From the NCBI GenBank assembly GCA_963761335.1, contig CAVXGR010000011.1, positions 128,001 to 192,000 on the forward strand: DNA of 64,000 nt, read 5' to 3'. A model generated the notes under the pieces. The model had not been told where the DNA came from and did not search any database. It was given only the letters and a program-made list of their open reading frames with translations. The translations under genes and the position numbers were made by a program. Source of the DNA: an uncultured delta proteobacterium. GTDB taxonomy: Bacteria; Desulfobacterota; Binatia; HRBIN30; BPIQ01. Shown in pieces: positions 43,357 through 50,903 of the stretch (positions are counted from its first letter, which is position 1; the number at the start of each line of letters is the position of its first letter).

Positions 43357-45841
43357 GCCGGAGGCGGCGCCCGTTCCGGCAGCGGAGATTGCCGGGGCCG
43401 GCTTGGCGCCACGACATGGAGCGCTGATCCGTGACTCGGGCATCACCACGGAGGTGGCTATGGCGCGCGACTATCGTACCGTCACGACGCGTGCCGAGTT
43501 GCTCCGGCTCGGGTTCTCTGACGCACAAGCGCGGGTGCCGGCTCTCCTGATTCCCGTGTGGAGTGTGCACGGCGACGTCGGACTCTATCAACTACGACCC
43601 GACCACCCACGAATCTTGAGCGGCAAGCCGCTCAAGTACGAAACCCCGAAGGGCGCCCGAATGATGCTCGACGCGCCACCCGCGGCGCGAGGGGCACTTG
43701 CTGATCCGGCAGTGCCGTTGTTCGTGACCGAGGGCGTGCGCAAAGCCGATGCGGCGGTGAGCGCGGGGCTGTGTTGCGTCGCGCTACTCGGCGTCTGGAA
43801 TTTCCGCGGAACAAACGCGCGCGGCGGTAAGGTCGCACTGCCGGACTGGGAGAGCATCGCTTTGAATGGGCGTACGGTTTTCATCGTGTTCGATAGCGAC
43901 GTGATGGAGAAGCGTGCAGTTCACGCGGCGTTGGTGCGCCTCAAGGCATTTCTCGAGTCGCGCGGCGGCGTGGTCCGCGTGATCTACTTGCCGCCGGGGT
44001 CCGAAGGCTCAAAAGTCGGACTCGACGACTTCCTTGCGGCTGGCGGCGCCGTTCGGGAGTTGCTCGACCTCGCAACGGACAAGGTGCGCAACCTGCGCCC
44101 GGACGAGCCACCGACCGACGGCGCGGTCAAGTACCCGTTCCGCCTGACGCCTGAAGCTGTCGAGTACGCGGCGGAGAGCAACGACGGGGCAACTGAGTGG
44201 GTGCGCATCTGCTCTCGTCTCGAAGTGATCGCGCTAGCCCGTGGCACCGAGGGCCGCGAGTGGGGCCGGGTACTGCGCATTCTGGACCCGGACGGCGCGG
44301 AGCACGAATGGGGCATGCCTGCATCGATGCTCGCGGGAGATGGCAGCGATTACCGACGCGAGCTGCTGAGCTTTGGGCTGCGGATCGCGCCCGGACAACG
44401 CGCACGAAGCCGGTTGCACGAGTACATTTCCGACACGCTGCCACTAGCGCGAGCGCGCTGTGTCTCGCGCATTGGCTGGCACACGACTGCAAAAGGCGAC
44501 GTCTACGTGCTGCCGGATACGACATACGGCGCGGCCGGCGAGCGCGTCCTCTTGCAGACCGTGAGCGCAGTAGAACACGCGATCCGTGCCAGCGGTACGC
44601 TGGCAGGCTGGCAAAAGGACATTGCGGGGCGGTGCGCCGGGAACTCGCGCCTTGTATTCTCGTTGTCGTGCGCCTTCGCCGCCCCATTGCTGTACCTCGC
44701 ATCGGAAGAGGGTGGCGGGTTCCATCTTCGTGGTCCATCGAGCATCGGCAAGACGACCGCGCTGCGGGTGGCGGCGAGCGCCTCGGGAGGTGGCGGTGTG
44801 GGCGGGTATCTGCGCACGTGGCGCGCAACGTCCAACGGGCTCGAAGGGGTCGCGGAGATGCACTGCGACGCGCTGCTCTGTCTCGATGAGATGAGTCAGG
44901 TCAACGCGCGCGAGGCGGGCGAAGTAGCGTACATGCTCGCGAACGGAAGCGGAAAATCTCGAGCCGCGCGCGATGGGTCCGCTCGGAAGGCAGCGCAATG
45001 GCGCCTTCTATTCGTCAGCACAGGCGAGCTCTCCCTAGCAGAGAAGATGAATGAGGCGGGACAGCGAGCGCGTGCCGGACAGGAAACGCGGCTCGTCGAC
45101 ATCCCGGCCGACGCCGGCACCGGACTCGGGCTCTTCGAAGAGCTGCACGGCTTCGCGAGCCCTGAGGCGTTCGCGCGCGAGCTGTGCAACGCGTCAACGC
45201 GGCTCTACGGCGTGGCGGTGCGTGAGTATCTGATGAGACTCACTGCTGACCTAACTGGGCTCGCAGACCAGCTAGCCAGCGCACGCAAGCGATGGATCCA
45301 CAAGCATTGCCCGAGCAAGACTGATGGGCAAGTGCAGCGCGTCGCAGCGCGGTTCGCGCTCGTTGCAGCGGGCGGCGAGCTGGCGAGCACGATGGGTCTC
45401 TTGCCGTGGCGCGAGCACGAGGCATCGGACGGCGCGGCCCGCTGTTTCGAGGCGTGGCTCGACACGCGCGGCAGCACCGGAGCGGCCGAGATCACCGCGG
45501 GGCTTGCCCAAGTGCGACACTTCTTCGCTTTGCACGGCGAGAGCCGGTTCTCGCGCCTTGGTGACGACAATGGCGACCGGCCGACAGTCAACCGCGCGGG
45601 TTTCAGGCGCAACGACGCTACGGGCGGAACCGAATTCTTCGTGTTGCCCACAGCCTGGCGCGACGAAATCTGCCGGGCCTTCGACGCTCACATGCTGGCG
45701 CGCGAGCTGATCGAACGCGGCGTACTGATTCCGGACCGGACGGACGGGAAGGCGCAGAGCCGGCAGCGGCTACCGGGGGCCGGTGTGCAGCGCGTCTACC
45801 ACCTGACCGCGGCCGTGCTCGATGGGGGCGAGGATGCGTGA
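43325..45841 (+). CDS. Primase-helicase replication protein (TOPRIM-like DUF3854 plus DUF927 helicase-like domain)
   Basis: YQLRPDHPR..KYETP, VTEGVRKADA, GVWNF, IVFDSD and KVGLDDFL (TOPRIM-like); RIGWH, Walker A GPSSIGKTT, WRATSNGLEG, LDEMSQ and STGE. Exact start uncertain (43325-43337). Confidence 0.88.
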   Translation: MMVTMTRAAAEPEAAPVPAAEIAGAGLAPRHGALIRDSGITTEVAMARDYRTVTTRAELLRLGFSDAQARVPALLIPVWSVHGDVGLYQLRPDHPRILSGKPLKYETPKGARMMLDAPPAARGALADPAVPLFVTEGVRKADAAVSAGLCCVALLGVWNFRGTNARGGKVALPDWESIALNGRTVFIVFDSDVMEKRAVHAALVRLKAFLESRGGVVRVIYLPPGSEGSKVGLDDFLAAGGAVRELLDLATDKVRNLRPDEPPTDGAVKYPFRLTPEAVEYAAESNDGATEWVRICSRLEVIALARGTEGREWGRVLRILDPDGAEHEWGMPASMLAGDGSDYRRELLSFGLRIAPGQRARSRLHEYISDTLPLARARCVSRIGWHTTAKGDVYVLPDTTYGAAGERVLLQTVSAVEHAIRASGTLAGWQKDIAGRCAGNSRLVFSLSCAFAAPLLYLASEEGGGFHLRGPSSIGKTTALRVAASASGGGGVGGYLRTWRATSNGLEGVAEMHCDALLCLDEMSQVNAREAGEVAYMLANGSGKSRAARDGSARKAAQWRLLFVSTGELSLAEKMNEAGQRARAGQETRLVDIPADAGTGLGLFEELHGFASPEAFARELCNASTRLYGVAVREYLMRLTADLTGLADQLASARKRWIHKHCPSKTDGQVQRVAARFALVAAGGELASTMGLLPWREHEASDGAARCFEAWLDTRGSTGAAEITAGLAQVRHFFALHGESRFSRLGDDNGDRPTVNRAGFRRNDATGGTEFFVLPTAWRDEICRAFDAHMLARELIERGVLIPDRTDGKAQSRQRLPGAGVQRVYHLTAAVLDGGEDA

Positions 45842-46478
45842 CCTTTTCGCGCGGTGGGCAACAAGGGCAACCGGGGCAACAGAGCCGGAAAGCACCTCGA
45901 ACCACGGCGACTTTCCCGGCCCGAGCGATGTTGCCCAACCTGCGTCCGTGGGGGCAACAAGGGCAACACCTACTCCGGCGGCGGGTGAACCTGTTGCCCA
46001 TGTTGCCCACGAGGGCGGATCGAGGGCAACAAGGGGCGAGCCCGAAAAAGCCGGACAGGACAAGGACTCTTCGCGGCGGATTGCCCATGTTGCCCATGTT
46101 GCCCACGAAGACGGGAAGGCGGAGCGTTACGCTCTGGCCGACTGTCTCGCGCTGATCCGCGAGGCCTTTGAATCCGTAAGAGCGGACTACGTTAGCGGCG
46201 CCTTGGCGCTGCTCGATACTGACCCGGCTCTATGCCAGCAATTCCGCCAGGCCGAGACGGCGGTTGACGCGGTGGTCAAGGTGGGGCCGACCGAGCGCGA
46301 GTTGCGGGCCGCGCTGGCGGCGCACGTGGCAGTGATCCGCGAGTGCATCGACCGCAGACGCGCGCAGATGGAAGCCGCTGCGGACTGCCACCATGCAACC
46401 GACTCGGAGCTGAGAGCGTGGCGGAGGGGGAATCCGGCGCTAGAATGCGCCCGCTGCTGGCTCGAACGCGGGCGATGA
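45834..46478 (+). CDS. Hypothetical protein overlapping the iteron region; C-terminal CHH...CxxC
   Basis: Open frame between primase and xis. The N-terminal third is iteron-derived low complexity; the C-terminal part is helical with DCHH...ECARCW. Confidence 0.45.
   Translation: MRDLFARWATRATGATEPESTSNHGDFPGPSDVAQPASVGATRATPTPAAGEPVAHVAHEGGSRATRGEPEKAGQDKDSSRRIAHVAHVAHEDGKAERYALADCLALIREAFESVRADYVSGALALLDTDPALCQQFRQAETAVDAVVKVGPTERELRAALAAHVAVIRECIDRRRAQMEAAADCHHATDSELRAWRRGNPALECARCWLERGR
45856..46104. promoter_or_regulatory. Iteron cluster / putative replication origin of the element
   Basis: GGGCAAC at 45856, 45865, 45874, 45952, 45961 and 46024; inverse GTTGCCC at 45930, 45993, 46002, 46089 and 46098; 9-bp spacing within groups. 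Starts immediately after the primase stop. Confidence 0.75.
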
Positions 46479-46498
46479 GCGCAAGCTGAAGGTACTTG

Positions 46499-46756
46499 AT
46501 GGGGCCCTTTCTGACCATCGCCGAAGCCGCCGCGCTGGCGCGGGTGTCACCGAAGCGGCTGCGGACTCTCATGCAAGCCGGTGTTCTTCGTGAGGGTGTG
46601 CACTACTCACGGCCGCGGGGGCTCCGACCGCGATTCAGCCGCGATGCGGTGCTTGCGTGGCTTGGTGGCATCGAGGTACACGAAGGAGCGAACGAGCCGT
46701 CATCGTCGCATCGAGGACGGTGCCGGGTGAATCTAGGGGCGATCCGAAGCGCATGA
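46499..46756 (+). CDS. Excisionase-like HTH protein
   Basis: FLTIAEAAALARVSPKRLRTLMQAGVLREGVHY...PRFSRDAVLAWL. ATGA-coupled to the integrase. Confidence 0.8.
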   Translation: MGPFLTIAEAAALARVSPKRLRTLMQAGVLREGVHYSRPRGLRPRFSRDAVLAWLGGIEVHEGANEPSSSHRGRCRVNLGAIRSA

Positions 46757-48069
46757 GCTGCCACGTCGTCTGCAACCGGCACGGACGTTTGGCGTTGCGC
46801 CTCAACTGGCAAGGCCGGCGCTCATGGGAAGGTACCGGCTTGATGGACACGCCGGAGAACCGTCGGCGCGTCGAGGTGCTCGCGCAGCTGGTAACCGCGG
46901 AGATGCGCGCCGGTGTCTTCGACGCGCGCCGTTATCTGCACTATTTTCCGGGCGGGACGCGAGCGACCGAGTTGCGCGTGCCGGCCGGAACGACTGCATT
47001 TCCGGGCACCGAGGATGGTTCGACGGCACCGACCGTGCGGGAGCATTTCAGCGACTGGATTGCGCGGCAGGTGCCGCCCGTCGTGCGACTGGCACAGCAA
47101 CGCGACTTGCGGCGGCACCTTGAAACTTACGTGCTCTTCGCAATTCTGCGGGACGGGCGCGCGGTGGGGGATCTGCCGTTGACCGAGGTGCGTGCCAGCG
47201 CATGGTTCCAGCTTCGAGACCGCCTGCGGGCGCTGGATCTGGCCGACAAGACCGTTCGCAATGTCCTGGGCTCGTTCCGATCGCTGATGCGGGACGCACG
47301 CGAGCGGTTCGATGAGGTGACGGCAGAGCCGCCGCGGATGAAGTGGCCACGGCGTCCGGCGAAGCGACCGGACCCCTTCACGTCAGAAGAACGACAGCGA
47401 ATCGTCGCATGGTTCCGCGCCAGGAAGCCGCACTATCACGCCTTCGTGCTCACCCTTTTTCACACCGGCATGCGACCTTCTGAAGCCACGGCACTGCGGT
47501 GGGGCGACGTTGAGCTGAGCCGCGGGAGCATTGCAGTGACACGGTCGCGTTATCAGGGCGCAGAGAACGCGCCGAAGACGTCTGGAAGCGAGCGCACGAT
47601 TCGTATCCTGCCACTGGTCCGAGACACCTTGCGCAACGCGATGCCGCTACACGCGCGGGCTGATGACTACGTGTTCGTCAACGAGGTGACGGCAGGACCG
47701 ATTCATCAGGGCGAGTGGGCGCGGGAGTTTTGGCATCGTCCATTGCGAGCGCTGAGCATCCGGCCGCGGAAGTTCTACGCGACACGCCACACGTTCATCA
47801 GCGTGGCGCTGACCGCCGGGGTGAACGTGAAGTTCCTGGCGGAGCAGTGCGGAACGTCGGTAGCGATGATTGAGCGCCATTACGGCCGCTACTTGGCAGG
47901 GGATGCGGAAGCGCAGCTACGTCTTCTCGAAGCCGCGGACGAAGCGTCTGCGGAGGTGCGGGAGGGGGCGAAAGTGGTGACCCTGGGAGGTGGGTCACCA
48001 ATTCACGCCCCTAACTACCCGGAAAAGAGAATGGTCCCAAGGGGAATCGAACCCCTGCTACCGACGTGA
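46753..48069 (+). CDS. int: Tyrosine recombinase/integrase with N-terminal arm-binding-like domain
   Basis: RLALRLNWQGRRSWEGTGL (arm-type); HTGMRPSE (Arg), APKT (Lys), FYATRHT and IERHYG (Tyr). The frame runs through the att site. Confidence 0.92.
   Translation: MSCHVVCNRHGRLALRLNWQGRRSWEGTGLMDTPENRRRVEVLAQLVTAEMRAGVFDARRYLHYFPGGTRATELRVPAGTTAFPGTEDGSTAPTVREHFSDWIARQVPPVVRLAQQRDLRRHLETYVLFAILRDGRAVGDLPLTEVRASAWFQLRDRLRALDLADKTVRNVLGSFRSLMRDARERFDEVTAEPPRMKWPRRPAKRPDPFTSEERQRIVAWFRARKPHYHAFVLTLFHTGMRPSEATALRWGDVELSRGSIAVTRSRYQGAENAPKTSGSERTIRILPLVRDTLRNAMPLHARADDYVFVNEVTAGPIHQGEWAREFWHRPLRALSIRPRKFYATRHTFISVALTAGVNVKFLAEQCGTSVAMIERHYGRYLAGDAEAQLRLLEAADEASAEVREGAKVVTLGGGSPIHAPNYPEKRMVPRGIEPLLPT
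48026..48053. repeat. att site (tRNA-proximal copy)
   Basis: Identical to 40394-40421; covers the T-arm and acceptor 3' strand of tRNA-Glu. Confidence 0.93.
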
Positions 48070-48103
48070 GAGGCCGGTGTCCTAGCCGCTAGACGATGGG
48101 ACC
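48032..48103 (-). tRNA. tRNA-Glu (anticodon CTC), CCA not encoded
   Basis: Minus strand GGTCCCATCGTCTAGCGGCTAGGACACCGGC-CTCTCAC-GTCGGTAGCAGGGGTTCGATTCCCCTTGGGACCA: 7-bp acceptor stem and TTCGA T-loop. Confidence 0.95.
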
Positions 48104-48168
48104 GTTGGGTGGACTTTGAAGAACGGTCTGCGGTGGGCGATCGCTCACCGCAGAACCGTTCGTTCAGA

Positions 48169-48244
48169 TGGCTGAGGAGGAAGGACTCGAACCTTCAATC
48201 GCCTGATCCAGAGTCAGGTGGCTTGCCAATTAGCCCACTCCTCA
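48169..48244 (-). tRNA. tRNA-Gln (anticodon CTG), CCA encoded
   Basis: Minus strand TGAGGAGTGGGCTAATTGGCAAGCCACCTGA-CTCTGGA-TCAGGCGATTGAAGGTTCGAGTCCTTCCTCCTCAGCCA: 76 nt, U1-A72. Confidence 0.96.
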
Positions 48245-48262
48245 CCGCGCTGAACGGGGGGA

Positions 48263-48291
48263 ACAATACGGGCGGTCAGTGAGCCTGTCAA
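48263..48291 (-). promoter_or_regulatory. Sigma70 promoter of the tRNA-Gln/tRNA-Glu operon
   Basis: Minus strand TTGACA-N17-TATTGT, 18 bp upstream of tRNA-Gln. Confidence 0.75.
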
Positions 48292-48386
48292 GGCAGTGCC
48301 ACGGGCGTGGAACAGATCTGCGGACCATGCAAGCACGCCTCCGGCCAATCCAATCCGCTCCGCTGCGAAACTCACAACTGGCCTTG

Positions 48387-48403
48387 GTTGTCGCGCCGAC
48401 AAC
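48387..48403. promoter_or_regulatory. Palindrome containing a GT-N7-AC NorR-type box upstream of norR
   Basis: GTTGTCG-CGC-CGACAAC, 20 bp upstream of the norR ATG. Confidence 0.45.
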
Positions 48404-48423
48404 TGGCATGTAGGATTCGCAAC

Positions 48424-49968
48424 ATGGATGCACTGGACGTGCTGCTGGAGATTGCCGTCGATCTCACCCGGGGGCTGAGCACCGACGACCGTTATCAGCG
48501 ACTGATCGACGCCTGGCGGCGGGTGGTTCCCTTCGATGCGGCGGCGCTGTTGCGACTCGAAAACGCCTCGCTGGTACCGGTGGCGGCACGCGGCCTGAAG
48601 CCCGAGGCGCTGGCGCGGCGCTATCCGCTGCGTGAGAACCCGCGCCTGCAGATCATCTGCAACTCGGCGGCGCCGGTGCGCTTTCCGGAGGACTCGGGTC
48701 TGCCGGATCCCTTCGACGGTCTCCTCGAGGCGGATGCGACGGCGCTCGGGCACGTGCACGCCTGTCTCGGCTGTCCCCTGCGTCTCGGCGACGAGCTGGT
48801 CGGCGCGCTGACGGCGGACGCCCTGGCGCCGGCCGCCTTCGACGGCGTCGACCAGCGCTTCCTGATGGCGATGGCAGCGCTCGCCGGCGCGGCCATGCGG
48901 ACCTCCGGACTCATCGAGGCGCTGGAGCGCTCGGCGGCGCGCCAGGGCCTGATCGCGCGCGACCTCATGCGCGATCTGCAGCTGCGCCAGGGCAGCCAGC
49001 TTCTGGGCATCAGCCCGGCGATGGAACGGCTGCGGCAGGAGATCGATCTGGTGGCGCGCTCCGATTTTGCCGTGATGATCACCGGCGAGACCGGGGTCGG
49101 CAAGGAGCTGGTGGCGCGCGCCCTGCACGCCTCCTCGGCGCGGCGCGACGACCCGCTCATCTACGTCAACTGCGCGGCTCTGCCGGAGAGCCTGGCGGAG
49201 AGCGAGCTCTTCGGGCACGTGCGCGGCGCCTTCACCGGCGCCGTCGCCGACCGCGCCGGCAAGTTCGAGGTTGCCGACCGCGGCACCCTGCTCCTCGACG
49301 AGATCGGCGAGCTGCCGCTCACCGTGCAGCCAAAGCTGCTGCGCGCCCTGCAGGAGGGCGAGATCCAGCGCGTCGGCTCCGATGCGCCGCGCCAGGTCGA
49401 CGTACGGGTTCTCGCCGCCACCAATCGGGATATCGGAGCGGAGGTGAAGAGCGGCCGCTTTCGCGCCGATCTGTTTCACCGCCTCAACGTCTATCCACTA
49501 CAGGTACCGCCGCTGCGGCAACGCCCGGAGGACATCGCCATGTTAGCCGGCTACTTCTGCGACCTGGCCCGGCGGCGCCTGGGGCTCGGACCGGTGCGCC
49601 TCAGCCCGGAGGCGGTGGAGGCGCTGCGCGCCTACGACTGGCCGGGCAATGTGCGAGAGCTGGAGAACGTGCTCTCGCGGGTCACCCTGAAGGCCGCCGC
49701 CGGCATCCAGCGCGGCGACGGGGTGACAATCGAGGTCTCGGCTCTCGGCGCCGAGTTCGCCGGGGGTTCCAGCGCCGATCACCGGCCCCTGGTTGCCGAG
49801 ATACCCCGAGAGCGCCGTCCGCTGCGCCAGGCGACCGTCGACTTCCAGCGCGCCACCATCCGCCGGGCGCTGGCGGAGAACGACGGCAACTGGGCCGCCG
49901 CCGCCCGCGACCTCGGCATGCACCGCAGCAACCTCCACCACCTCGCCGCGCGACTGGGATTGCGGTAG
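48424..49968 (+). CDS. norR: Nitric oxide-responsive sigma54 activator (GAF-AAA+-HTH)
   Basis: GAF domain with [16 protein letters not shown] and [41 protein letters not shown]-terminal [25 protein letters not shown]. Confidence 0.9.
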   Translation: MDALDVLLEIAVDLTRGLSTDDRYQRLIDAWRRVVPFDAAALLRLENASLVPVAARGLKPEALARRYPLRENPRLQIICNSAAPVRFPEDSGLPDPFDGLLEADATALGHVHACLGCPLRLGDELVGALTADALAPAAFDGVDQRFLMAMAALAGAAMRTSGLIEALERSAARQGLIARDLMRDLQLRQGSQLLGISPAMERLRQEIDLVARSDFAVMITGETGVGKELVARALHASSARRDDPLIYVNCAALPESLAESELFGHVRGAFTGAVADRAGKFEVADRGTLLLDEIGELPLTVQPKLLRALQEGEIQRVGSDAPRQVDVRVLAATNRDIGAEVKSGRFRADLFHRLNVYPLQVPPLRQRPEDIAMLAGYFCDLARRRLGLGPVRLSPEAVEALRAYDWPGNVRELENVLSRVTLKAAAGIQRGDGVTIEVSALGAEFAGGSSADHRPLVAEIPRERRPLRQATVDFQRATIRRALAENDGNWAAAARDLGMHRSNLHHLAARLGLR

Positions 49969-49997
49969 CGGGTTTACGGGTCGAGCCCGTAAACCCG
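49969..49997. terminator. Hairpin between convergent norR and ric (bidirectional terminator or REP-like)
   Basis: CGGGTTTACGGG-TCGAG-CCCGTAAACCCG, a perfect 12-bp stem preceded by GTAG. Confidence 0.6.
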
Positions 49998-50006
49998 AGT
50001 ACCAGG

Positions 50007-50663
50007 CTACGCCGCCAGAACCGTGGGGAAGAGGACGTTGTTCTCCAAATGGATGTGCTCCATCAGCTCGAGCTCCAGAGCCAGGAGCCCGTCGTAGAGC
50101 GCTCGCCAGCTGGTACAGGCTTCCGCCGGAAGAGTCAGATCGCCGGTCAGCTCCCGCACCCGCTGCAGATTCTCGGCGTGGTCGCGGTGCTCCTGGATCA
50201 TCACCTGCACCGGCATGTGCGCCAGGTGGCCTCTCCCCGAGCGGATCATCGGGAACAGAATCATCTCCTCCTTGGCGAGATGGCTGGAGACCTCCTCCTG
50301 CATGTTCTCCAGGTGCCGGGCGAGCCCGACGGGACACGACGCCTTCTCGGCGTGGACGCGCTCTACCTTGCGGGCCAGCTCGAGCAGCCGCGGCAGCTCC
50401 TCGCGCAGCGGCTCGTGGTAGCGGCGAACGATGAAGTCGACCATCTCCTCGGGCGGCAGCCGGTTCGCCGCCACGCCCTTCGCCGGCTCGTCAAGGCTCT
50501 CGATCTCCGCAACCAAGGTGCCGGCGTCGAGGCCGCGGCGCTCACACGCCTCCGCCAGAGTGCGCTGCCCGCCGCAGCAGAAATCGAGACGGTGGCGGTG
50601 AAAGATCCGCGCCGCCTGCGGATGCGTGGTGACCAGATCTGCGAGCGTGCTGTTCAGTTCCAT
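50007..50663 (-). CDS. ric: Iron-sulfur cluster repair di-iron protein (RIC/YtfE/ScdA)
   Basis: Motifs DFCCGG, RYHEPLREELP, KVERVH, HLAKEEMILFP, EHRDH and EHIHLENNVLFP. GGAGG Shine-Dalgarno. Confidence 0.93.
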   Translation of the reverse strand: MELNSTLADLVTTHPQAARIFHRHRLDFCCGGQRTLAEACERRGLDAGTLVAEIESLDEPAKGVAANRLPPEEMVDFIVRRYHEPLREELPRLLELARKVERVHAEKASCPVGLARHLENMQEEVSSHLAKEEMILFPMIRSGRGHLAHMPVQVMIQEHRDHAENLQRVRELTGDLTLPAEACTSWRALYDGLLALELELMEHIHLENNVLFPTVLAA

Positions 50664-50733
50664 ATCAGAGTCCCTCCGGGTGTCATCGGCGGCAGGCCTG
50701 ACCTCCCCGCCGCGTCGTTTGATAGCAGAGTCA

Positions 50734-50749
50734 ATCAAGCGCCGTGCCG
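50734..50749 (-). promoter_or_regulatory. Putative sigma54 (-24/-12) promoter of ric
   Basis: Minus strand CGGCACGGCGCTTGAT versus consensus TGGCACGNNNNTTGCW: correct spacing, with GA in place of GC at -12. Confidence 0.55.
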
Positions 50750-50903
50750 GCGACGATGGCGGCAGGCAGTCACCGATACCCGGAGCCAGTTGCGATTTCA
50801 GCAACAGACAATCGTTACGAGAGAGGCAACAATGCTGTGATTATTGCAACCGACAAGTGTCCCCCGCCACGACATCTTCCCGGCGTCCGGTGCCCGCGCC
50901 ACC

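Larger units (their letters stand above)
40394..48053. mobile_element. Integrative phage-satellite-like element (~7.6 kb) in tRNA-Glu(CTC)
   Basis: 28-bp direct repeats overlapping the tRNA 3' end; tyrosine integrase, two Xis/AlpA HTH genes, primase-helicase, iterons and serine recombinase. Visibly more A/T-ending codons than the flanking genes. Confidence 0.9.

Noticed and set aside
40394..48053. Complete prophage or conjugative ICE
   Set aside because: No recognisable capsid, portal, large terminase, tail, lysis, relaxase or T4SS genes.
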